A DNA stretch of 64,000 nucleotides, from positions 1,344,001 to 1,408,000 of the forward strand of contig OZ241322.1 in the NCBI GenBank assembly GCA_965199715.1, given 5' to 3'. How positions within the stretch are numbered: position 1 is the first letter of the stretch; each line of letters opens with the position of its first letter. This DNA is from Vicinamibacteria bacterium (GTDB taxonomy: Bacteria > Acidobacteriota > Vicinamibacteria > Marinacidobacterales > Marinacidobacteraceae). The translations under genes and the position numbers were made by a program. The notes under the pieces are model-generated. The model was given only the letters and a program-made list of their open reading frames with translations. It had not been told where the DNA came from and searched no databases. Shown piece after piece: positions 48,914 to 56,871 of this stretch.

Positions 48914-49654
48914 CTACAGCGCGACCCGCGAGAACGTCTCGGTCTCGAGCTCCCGGTATCGCTCGGCGTCCGCGGTGCGCTCCCGGGGGATCGCCTGGAC
49001 CACGTGCGCGCCGAACTTGAGCGCGCCGCGGATCCCGGGCCAGAGGTCCTCGTCCCCCGAAACCACGACGAGCGTCTCGCGGGTCTTGTACGCGAAGCGC
49101 ATCAGATCGACCACGATCATCGAGTCCACGAGCTTCTGTTCCCCGCGCTCCAGAACGTCCTCCGGCGCGACCTCGCAGCCGGGCATGGGGCAGCGGCCGC
49201 GGTTGACGAAACGCTGGACTCCGCCGATGGGACAGCTCTGTTGAACGAAGCACTCCGCGGGGGGCGTGGTGCCACACTTCAGGTTCTCGGGGAACGGGCG
49301 GCGGCGGTAGGTGTGGGTGAGGTCCACGTCGTCGTCCGCGAGCGAACGCGCCAGTTCCACCATGACGGAGACGGCGACCAGATCGTTTCCCGCCGCCACG
49401 TCGAGCCGGCGCGGGATTTGGTCGAGTTCCCGAACGAGCCCGCCCGCCCGTCCGGACGGCTCCGGCCCTTCGAACCAGCCGCCGTACAGCCGGCAGCGGA
49501 CGCCGGGCCGGCCGTCCCGATGGTCGGCGCGCCCCTCGTCCACCTCCGCGGCGAGCGACGGACCGAGCGCGTCGAGCAGATCGTCCACGACGTAGCGCAC
49601 GCCCTGGCGGCGCTCGTCCCGGTCGATGTTGTCGTAGTCGATGAGCAGGATCAC
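48914..49654 (-). CDS. NYN (PIN-like) domain nuclease with cysteine-rich insert
   Basis: LLIDYDN, RLYGGW, EQKLVDSMIVVD, VVSGDEDLWP acidic motifs; five-Cys insert. Confidence 0.8.
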   Translation of the reverse strand: MILLIDYDNIDRDERRQGVRYVVDDLLDALGPSLAAEVDEGRADHRDGRPGVRCRLYGGWFEGPEPSGRAGGLVRELDQIPRRLDVAAGNDLVAVSVMVELARSLADDDVDLTHTYRRRPFPENLKCGTTPPAECFVQQSCPIGGVQRFVNRGRCPMPGCEVAPEDVLERGEQKLVDSMIVVDLMRFAYKTRETLVVVSGDEDLWPGIRGALKFGAHVVQAIPRERTADAERYRELETETFSRVAL

Positions 49655-50609
49655 GACTCCGACTCCGAGTCGTCTTCCAGCGCGTCGTCCAGCTTGTCGA
49701 CGTACGGGTCGAAGGTGCGCTTCATGGCGGCGGCGGCCTCGTTGAGCTCCCGCAGCTTCGCCGGATCGGGCTTCCCCTCATGGCTGACGTCGACGCCGTA
49801 CGGCACAACCCAACGGTTCGCCCCGATCTGATCCCATGCGAGCGGGCGCCGGAAGCCGCACTCGGCGAACTCCCGGTCTATCTCCTGCTGGTGCTTCCGG
49901 AGGGCGGCCAAGGCGCGAATCCACTTCTTCCCGCTGTTCGTGACCACGACCCGCGATGTCTTGCTGTTGGCGGCGACCCGGTAGATCAGCCCCGGTTTTC
50001 CGGGCGGGAGTCGTAAGGATGCCGTCGAGGCTCGGAGTCCGATGGCTGAAGGGGGATTCGATGTTCTCCCGGCGCGCCTGCTCATAGAGGAGCGTCATGA
50101 AGTTCCGCTTCTTGACCGGCGTCGGCGAGAGCTCGGCGGCGTCCGGATGCGATTCCACTTCCGGCGGTTCGACGACCACGGAAAACAGCGGCGCGGGATC
50201 CGGTCCCCGCGATCCGGATCGCCCGAACCGTGACCAACCAGACGTGTCCGATCCCACGTTCGTTCAGCGTCTCCACCGCCCGCGCGGTTCGGGTCGCGCC
50301 TCCCCGGCGATCCCTACGGCCCGCTGGACGTCGCGCTCGGAGAGATAACGTCACGAGCTGCCCGAGACGCCGGTGATCCGTCTTCCCGAATTGGTTCTCG
50401 ATGACCACGTCGCCGAAATCGGTTTCCGCCACCAGATCGAGCCAGAACGCTCCGGCCTGGACCTGCCCGCGGACGCTCGTCAAGCCCAGGCCGAGCAGCT
50501 TGTCCAGTTCCTCGACGTCGTCCCGGAGCCAGGGAGTGAAATCTCGGTCTTCGGTCTTCCAGACGTCCTTGAGGGGCACGTCCCCGATTCTGCTGATCTT
50601 CTTGGCCAT
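49651..50609 (-). pseudogene. NucS-like PD-(D/E)XK / DUF4268-type nuclease, frameshifted
   Basis: LKDVWKTEDRDFTPWL, LDLVAE, VVIENQFGKTDH..LGQLVT, PAPLFSVVVEP; reading frame shifts near 50348, 50287, 50200 and 50000. Confidence 0.75.
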
Positions 50610-50614
50610 CGCCG

Positions 50615-51766
50615 TCAAACCCCCCGGCCCCCCTCGCGAAGCTCGTCCAGCGGGTAGAACGTCCCCCGCCACTCCACGCCGCCCCGCGACAGCGTCCGCA
50701 CCGCCGATTTCCAGATCAGGACCGTCACGAGCGTTCCGAACGCCGGCAGCAGGATCACGGTCCACAGCGGGGTTCGCTGGTCCACCGCCCCCACGACGTA
50801 CAGCGACGCGGCCACCAGGCCGGTGACCGACGCGAACGCCGCCGTCCAGCCGCCGAGCCACGCGCCGACAACGGGCCAGACGAAGAACGCGATGGTGGCC
50901 ACGGTCCCGGCGAACGCCGCCCGGAGCGAGTAGCCGTAGCCGGGGAAGATCCCTCGGGTGAGGCCTCGCACCATCGCGCGGAAATTCGGGTACCACTCGA
51001 CCCGGATCAGCTTCCTGCCGCGGACGAGGCGCGAGGCGCCGCCGGCCTCCTTCATCAGGCGGCCGAGCCCGATGTCGTCCAGAACCTCGAGGCGGAGCGA
51101 TTCATGGCCGCCCGCGGCGCGGTAGACGGATCGCCGCACCAAGTTGAACGCGCCGACGCCGGCGTGAGCGGAGCTGCGCGGGTCGGGGATGCGCCAGGGC
51201 TTGAGATGCATGCTCAGGGACATCAGGAACATCGTCGCGAACGCCTGCATCCATCCCGGCAGCGAGAAGTGGGGAAACACCGTCAGGTGGTCGAGCGAGC
51301 GCCGCTCGGCGAGCGCGAGGGCGTGGCGCAGCGTCGAAGGCTCCATCACGACATCCGCGTCGGTGAACAGCAACCACGCGCCTCGGGCCGCCTGCGAAGC
51401 TCGGTGGAGCGCATGGCACTTGCCGAGCCAGCCCGCCGGCAGCTCGTCGATGCGGATCGTGCGCAGCCGCTCGTGCTCGGCGGCGAGCCGGGCGAGGATC
51501 TCCGGCGTGCGGTCCGACGAACGGTCGTCCACCGCGATGACCTCGAAGTCGGGGTACTCCTGCGCGAGATGAGACAGCGCCGCGGCCTCGACGCCCTCCT
51601 CCTCGTCGAGCGCCGCAAAGATGATGCTGACGCGGGGCGTCGCGCCGCCGTCCGTCGGCATGCGGTGGAGCTCCTCCACCTTGCGGGCGCCGAGCAGGGC
51701 CTCGATCGCCAAGCTGACCGCGACGACGCAAATCAGCGCGGACAGCGCGAAGAGGATCGTCTCCAT
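50615..51766 (-). CDS. Glycosyltransferase family 2, membrane-bound (HpnB-like)
   Basis: VDDRSSD, GWLGKCHA, FTDADV, GAFNLVRR, DDIG, VEWRG. Confidence 0.88.
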   Translation of the reverse strand: METILFALSALICVVAVSLAIEALLGARKVEELHRMPTDGGATPRVSIIFAALDEEEGVEAAALSHLAQEYPDFEVIAVDDRSSDRTPEILARLAAEHERLRTIRIDELPAGWLGKCHALHRASQAARGAWLLFTDADVVMEPSTLRHALALAERRSLDHLTVFPHFSLPGWMQAFATMFLMSLSMHLKPWRIPDPRSSAHAGVGAFNLVRRSVYRAAGGHESLRLEVLDDIGLGRLMKEAGGASRLVRGRKLIRVEWYPNFRAMVRGLTRGIFPGYGYSLRAAFAGTVATIAFFVWPVVGAWLGGWTAAFASVTGLVAASLYVVGAVDQRTPLWTVILLPAFGTLVTVLIWKSAVRTLSRGGVEWRGTFYPLDELREGGRGV

Positions 51767-51778
51767 TCCGAAACTCCG

Positions 51779-53188
51779 TCAGTCGAACGCGGCGAGAACC
51801 GCCCCCACGGTGCGGTTGAGGTAGGCGTCGAAGTCGCCGGGGCTCGGGCCGAGCCGGACGAACACCAGATCCTCGGACGGAATCACCATGGTCACCTGGC
51901 CCATGAAGCCGGCGGCCCAGTAGGCGTCGAGCGGAACGTCGGGGTGGCGCCCGCCGGCGTTGAGCCAGAAGAGTCCGCCGTACTCCTGTTCGGCGGCTCC
52001 CGGGTTGGGCGCGCTCACGAACTCGGACCAACCCTCGGGAAGGATGCGCTCGCCGCCCATCACGCCGTCCTCGAGGTGGAGCAGGCCGAACCGCATCCAG
52101 TCGGCGGCGCTCCCATAGTCGTACCCGCTGAGGATGAAATTGCCCCACGGATCGGTCTCCAGCACGAAGTCGCGGGAGCCGATGCGGTCGAACAGCGCGC
52201 GCTGCGGGAACGTCAGGTACTCGCCGCCGTCGGCCTCGACTGTCTCGCGGACGATCCGCCCGAGCGAGAGCGGGTCGGAGTTGCGGTAGCGGAACTCGGT
52301 TCCGGGCGGAATGCCCGCGGGCTGCGAAGAGGCGTGCTCGAACACGTCCAGCGCGTCGAAATAGACCCGCATGTGCTCGTTTTCGGGGATGAGCGAGGAC
52401 GCGCCGGCGAGGCCGAGGTTCTCCATGTCGAGGCCGCTGGTCATCGTGAGCAGGTGCCGCATCAGGATCGGGGCGCGCTCGTCGCCGGGCTCGCGCCATT
52501 CGGCGATCGGCGCCGGGTCGTCGAGGCCGAAGTGGCCCTGCTGGACGAGCGCGCCGATGAGCGCGGCGGTGACGCTCTTGCCTTCGGACCAACTGATCTG
52601 GGGCGTGTTGCGGGTGAATCCGGGTGCGTAGCGTTCGCCCACGATCCGCCCGAAGCGCACGACGGCGATCGCGCGGGTGTTCTGCCCGGCCGCCATCGCC
52701 GCGCCCAGCGCCGCGTCGAGCGCGTCCCGGTCCACGCCCTCCTGGTCGGGCTCCTCGGCGTCGAGGTCGCCGAGCGGCCACGGCGTAGCCGCCGCGTCCG
52801 GCTGGTTGCGCGGCACCGGAACCGGCTCGTAATGAACGGCGTCCATGCCGTCCTCGAGCAGGACGCAGCCCTGGTCGTCGTGGTACTTCGCGGTGCGGGG
52901 GTTCACGTCCGCCGCCCAGACGGTCGCGCTCCGGGCCTCGGCGTCCATGCGCCATTCGAAGTCGTCCTGCCACGCGAACGCCGGGAACGGCCGGACGTCC
53001 TCGGCGAGCACGGTCTCGGGAGCGCGCTCGGTCACGCGCCCGACGACGTACACGCCGGCGCACAGGTGGTGGGCGGCGATCCCGGCGGCGTAGCGGCGAA
53101 AGCGATCGTCGAGGGCTTCGCCGTCGTTTGTCGGAGCGCCGCAACCGGCGAGCTCGAGAACCAGCAGGAGGATCGGAAATCGGAACAT
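51779..53188 (-). CDS. Serine hydrolase, beta-lactamase family lipoprotein
   Basis: LAGC lipobox, WSEGKS (SxxK), LLTMTSGL, FRYRN, AAGFMGQ. Confidence 0.88.
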   Translation of the reverse strand: MFRFPILLLVLELAGCGAPTNDGEALDDRFRRYAAGIAAHHLCAGVYVVGRVTERAPETVLAEDVRPFPAFAWQDDFEWRMDAEARSATVWAADVNPRTAKYHDDQGCVLLEDGMDAVHYEPVPVPRNQPDAAATPWPLGDLDAEEPDQEGVDRDALDAALGAAMAAGQNTRAIAVVRFGRIVGERYAPGFTRNTPQISWSEGKSVTAALIGALVQQGHFGLDDPAPIAEWREPGDERAPILMRHLLTMTSGLDMENLGLAGASSLIPENEHMRVYFDALDVFEHASSQPAGIPPGTEFRYRNSDPLSLGRIVRETVEADGGEYLTFPQRALFDRIGSRDFVLETDPWGNFILSGYDYGSAADWMRFGLLHLEDGVMGGERILPEGWSEFVSAPNPGAAEQEYGGLFWLNAGGRHPDVPLDAYWAAGFMGQVTMVIPSEDLVFVRLGPSPGDFDAYLNRTVGAVLAAFD

Positions 53189-53196
53189 GGTCGGCC

Positions 53197-54120
53197 TCAG
53201 AGAATCGCCCACGCGACGTAGGCGGCGTAGGCGGCCAGCAACGCGGCGCCCTCGGTGCGGGTCAGCCGCTTGCCCGTCCACAGGAACCAGCCCGCGACGA
53301 GCGTGAGAACGATGACCCCCGGAACTTCGCCGGTGACGACTCGGGGATCGACGCCGACCGGGGAGGCCACGGCGGCGACGCCGAGGGCGCCCAGGACGTT
53401 GAACAGGTTGCTCCCGATCACGTTGCCCACCACGATCTGGATCTGGTGGCGCCGGACGGCGGCTACCGAGGTCGCGAGCTCGGGCAGCGAGGTCCCGATC
53501 GCGACCACGGTGAACCCGACCGTGACCTCCGAAACCCCGAGCCCCCGGGCGATGTCCGAGGCGCCGCGCACGAGGAAGTCGGCCCCGACGACGAGCGCCG
53601 CGAGACCGGCCAGAACGAGCAGCAGGCTGCGCCCGACTCCGGCGGCCTCGTCTTCCTCGGCCGGCGCCGGAAAGTCGCGGCTCCAGCGGATCGAGAGCAG
53701 GTTGAACGCGAGAAGGAGCCCGACGAGCGCCGCTCCCCAGCCGCGCCCCACCTCGCCGGCGAGAGCGAGCGGAAGCAGCAGCAGCGTCGCGAGCAGCATG
53801 CACCAGTACTCGCGCCGGATGCGCGGCCAGCCCACGTCGAACGCCTTGAGGACCGCGGTCACGCCGAGGATCAGGCCGAGGTTCGCGGCGTTGCTGCCGA
53901 TCACGTTGCCGACCGCGATTCCCGGGCTGTCGCGCAGGACGGCGACGAGGCTTGCGCCGATCTCGGGCGCGGAGGTTCCCCAGGCGATGACGGTGAGCCC
54001 GATCACCAGCGCGCTGATGCGCAGGCGCCGGGCGAGCGACGCCGCGCCGTCCACCAGCCAGTCGGCGCCGAACGCCAACCCGGCGAGGCCGAGCGCCACG
54101 AACACCGAGGAAAGCAACAA
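53197..54120 (-). CDS. Calcium/sodium antiporter (CaCA, YrbG-like)
   Basis: GTSAPE / GTSLPE and twin GNVIGSN repeats; TTG start at 54120 or 54117. Confidence 0.9.
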   Translation of the reverse strand: MLLSSVFVALGLAGLAFGADWLVDGAASLARRLRISALVIGLTVIAWGTSAPEIGASLVAVLRDSPGIAVGNVIGSNAANLGLILGVTAVLKAFDVGWPRIRREYWCMLLATLLLLPLALAGEVGRGWGAALVGLLLAFNLLSIRWSRDFPAPAEEDEAAGVGRSLLLVLAGLAALVVGADFLVRGASDIARGLGVSEVTVGFTVVAIGTSLPELATSVAAVRRHQIQIVVGNVIGSNLFNVLGALGVAAVASPVGVDPRVVTGEVPGVIVLTLVAGWFLWTGKRLTRTEGAALLAAYAAYVAWAIL

Positions 54121-54146
54121 GGAAGCGCAAGCGTACCGGAGGGTGC

Positions 54147-54199
54147 GTTTTCCCCAACGAGGACGGGGTTTTCCACAAATTGGGGAATACGGGGAAAAC
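54147..54199. promoter_or_regulatory. Cluster of four related 11-bp boxes, probable operator
   Basis: GTTTTCCCCAA (54147+), GTTTTCCACAA (54168+), GTATTCCCCAA (54190-), GTTTTCCCCGT (54199-). Confidence 0.55.
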
Positions 54200-54296
54200 C
54201 CGGGCGCCCGAACCGGCGGAATAGACTTCGGGGGAACCCGTGGTTGCGTTGCGTCGTCTTGTGTGCGAGTGCCTGAAGCGCGCCGGGAGGACGAGT

Positions 54297-55787
54297 ATGG
54301 GACAGCGCGTCGCGACTGCATTGCTCGCCGCGCTCCTCGGCGCGACGGGCGCGAGCGGCGGGCAGCAGGCGGCGGGGCCGGCCGAATCGGTGCTCGCGCA
54401 GTACGGCGCGCTCCTCGAGCAGGAGACGCTGAGCTTCACGCTCGACCAGGCCGTGGCCGTCGCGGTGGAGCTCCACCCGGAAGTCCGCTCCCAGCGCGAG
54501 CGGTTCGCCGAGCTCGACGCCTCGATGGACGAGGTCCGCGCCGACTTCCTGCCGAACGTGGACCTCGCGCTCTCCGCGCTCCGGACGCGCGATCCCGGTT
54601 TCAGCAACAGCCCGTTCTTCTCGCGGCTGATCGACGACGGCGGCGGCGGGGGATTCCCCGGCGGCGACCCGTCCGCGTTCGGCGGGGCCTTCACCTTCGG
54701 CACCTACCTGTGGGACTTTCAGCTCTCGCAGACCCTGTGGTCGCAGGGATGGCTGAGCTCCGCCGCCGCGGTCCGCGCCAGCCGGGAGCGGGTGTCCCTG
54801 ACGCTCGCCGAGACGCAGAACCGGATCGCCCGCGACACGGCGCACCGGGTCTATTCGTGGCTGCTTTCCTCGCGCACTCGCGACGTCCTCGAGGAGGCGG
54901 TCCGCGTGCGGGAACGCGCCCTCGACGTGGCGCGGGACCGGCTCGATTTCGGGGCCGGCGAGCGGCTGGACGTGCTGCGCGCCCAAGTCGCGCTGGCGCG
55001 GCTGCGCCGGGACCTCCGAGCGGTCGAGGAGACGCTCTCGGTCGAGCAGGCGGGCGTGAACGCGCTCGTCGGCCGGGATCAGGACAAGGCGATCGAGGTG
55101 ATCGACACGCTGCGCCTGCCCGATCCCCTGCCGCGGCTGCTTCCCGTCGAGGCGCTCGCCGAGATCGCGAGCGTGACCCGTCCGGCGGTCCGGCAATACG
55201 CCAAGGATCGCGAGATCCTCCGGATCGAGGGGGACGCGACGGTCGCCCGCCTCCGGCCCGAGGTCAGCGGGAACGCGAGCTTCGGCGTCAGCACCTTCGC
55301 GCTCGGCAACACCACCGAGATCGACCGCCGCAACTGGACCGTCGGGGTCCGGCTCAACTGGACGCTGTTCGACGGGCTGCGCACGCCGTCGCGGCTCGCG
55401 GCGCTGCGGTCGCAGCAGACGCGCAGCGAGTGGGACCAGTCGGAGTACGAGGCCACGGTCGAGGTGCTGTTGCGCGACCAGGTGCGCCGCTGGAACGACG
55501 CGCTGACCGCCATCGAGGACGCGCAGCTCGCGCTCGAGGAGACCCGCGAGGCCTACCGGATCGCGGCGGCCGAGCGCGACGCCGGCTACGCCATCGAGCT
55601 GATGGTCATGGAGGCGAGCCACCTCGAGCGCGAGGTCGAGCTGGACATGCTGCGCAGCACGCACGACGCCCTGGCCGCGCTGGCCGAGGTGAAGTTCCTC
55701 GTCGGCTTCCACGCCAGCGCGCCGCATTCGGTCGTTTCGGACGTCGGGCCCGCTGCGGCGGACGGCCCGCTCCAGGAGGAGAAGTAA
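54297..55787 (+). CDS. TolC family outer membrane efflux protein
   Basis: Signal peptide, LDQAVAVAVELHP, FLPNVDL, LDVLRAQV, WTLFDG. Confidence 0.9.
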   Translation: MGQRVATALLAALLGATGASGGQQAAGPAESVLAQYGALLEQETLSFTLDQAVAVAVELHPEVRSQRERFAELDASMDEVRADFLPNVDLALSALRTRDPGFSNSPFFSRLIDDGGGGGFPGGDPSAFGGAFTFGTYLWDFQLSQTLWSQGWLSSAAAVRASRERVSLTLAETQNRIARDTAHRVYSWLLSSRTRDVLEEAVRVRERALDVARDRLDFGAGERLDVLRAQVALARLRRDLRAVEETLSVEQAGVNALVGRDQDKAIEVIDTLRLPDPLPRLLPVEALAEIASVTRPAVRQYAKDREILRIEGDATVARLRPEVSGNASFGVSTFALGNTTEIDRRNWTVGVRLNWTLFDGLRTPSRLAALRSQQTRSEWDQSEYEATVEVLLRDQVRRWNDALTAIEDAQLALEETREAYRIAAAERDAGYAIELMVMEASHLEREVELDMLRSTHDALAALAEVKFLVGFHASAPHSVVSDVGPAAADGPLQEEK

Positions 55788-55788
55788 C

Positions 55789-56871
55789 GTGATCCGCAAG
55801 TTCCGGCGCCGCCGCCCCGCCGTCATCGCGCTCGCCGTCGCGCTCGTCGGGGCGGTTGCGCCGTCCGGCTGCGGCGCCGCCGGAGAATCCGGCGAGGCCC
55901 CGGCGGAGGCCCGCGACCTGCGCGTCCCCGTCGAGACCGCGACGATCACCCCGGAGACGCTCGTGGACGTGCTGCAGATCGCGGGGCGGCTCGAGCCGGC
56001 CGCCGAGGTGCGCGTGGCCGCCGAGCTGGGCGGCACGGTGTCCGACGTCCTCTTCGACAAGGGAGACCAGGTGGAGCCGGGCGCGCCGCTGGCGCGGGTC
56101 GGCGTGGACCTTCTGGAGGCCGCGGTCCGCGAGGCCGAGGTCTTCCTCGACGGGGTCCGGGTGGACTTCGAGCGGGCCCGGGCGCTCAAGGAGCGCGACG
56201 CGGCTCCCGCTCGCGAGTTCGAAGCGGCGGAGGCCGCGCTCGACAACGCCGAGGCGCGCCTCGCCACGGCCCGGATCCGCCTGTCGCGCTCGGCGATCGT
56301 CGCCCCGTCGGGCGGCGTCGTGGTGGAGCGGCACGTGGAGCCAGGAGAGGTCCTCGCCCCGGGGAGTCCGGTCGCGGACCTCCACCGGATCGCGACGCTG
56401 CGCGCCACGATCGGGATCCCGGAGCGGGACATCGCCTTCTTTCGCGTCGGCTCCCCCGCCGTGCTGACCCTCGACTCCTATCCGGGCGAACGGTTCGAGG
56501 GGCAGGTCGCGTGGATCGCGCCGGCCGCGTCCTCGCCGGGCCGGGTGTTCGAGTCCGAAATCGAGGTTCCCAACCCCGACCGGATGCTGCGCTCCGGCCT
56601 GATCGTGCGGGCCGACCTCGAGCGGCAGGTCTTCGAGGACGCGGTCGTCGTGGCGCGGGACCTGGTGGTCGAGCGCGACGGGGCGCCGCACGTGTTCGTC
56701 CTTGACGGAGACCGCGTCGAGATGCGGCGCGTGGAGCTCGGGCCGGGCCGGGGCGACCAGGTGATGGTGGCGTCGGGCCTCGAGATCGGGGAGACGGTGG
56801 TCGTCGCCGGGCACCGGGACCTGCTCGACGGCCAGGAAGTGCGCGTCGCCGGCGGAGGATCGGGCGAATGA
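55789..56871 (+). CDS. RND efflux periplasmic adaptor
   Basis: VAAELGG, GDQVEPGAPL, IVAPSGGVV, NPDRMLRSG, GLEIGETVV. Confidence 0.92.
   Translation: MIRKFRRRRPAVIALAVALVGAVAPSGCGAAGESGEAPAEARDLRVPVETATITPETLVDVLQIAGRLEPAAEVRVAAELGGTVSDVLFDKGDQVEPGAPLARVGVDLLEAAVREAEVFLDGVRVDFERARALKERDAAPAREFEAAEAALDNAEARLATARIRLSRSAIVAPSGGVVVERHVEPGEVLAPGSPVADLHRIATLRATIGIPERDIAFFRVGSPAVLTLDSYPGERFEGQVAWIAPAASSPGRVFESEIEVPNPDRMLRSGLIVRADLERQVFEDAVVVARDLVVERDGAPHVFVLDGDRVEMRRVELGPGRGDQVMVASGLEIGETVVVAGHRDLLDGQEVRVAGGGSGE

Noticed and set aside
54121-54296. Replication origin
   Set aside because: Only one consensus DnaA box, no AT-rich unwinding element and no dnaA/dnaN-type neighbours.
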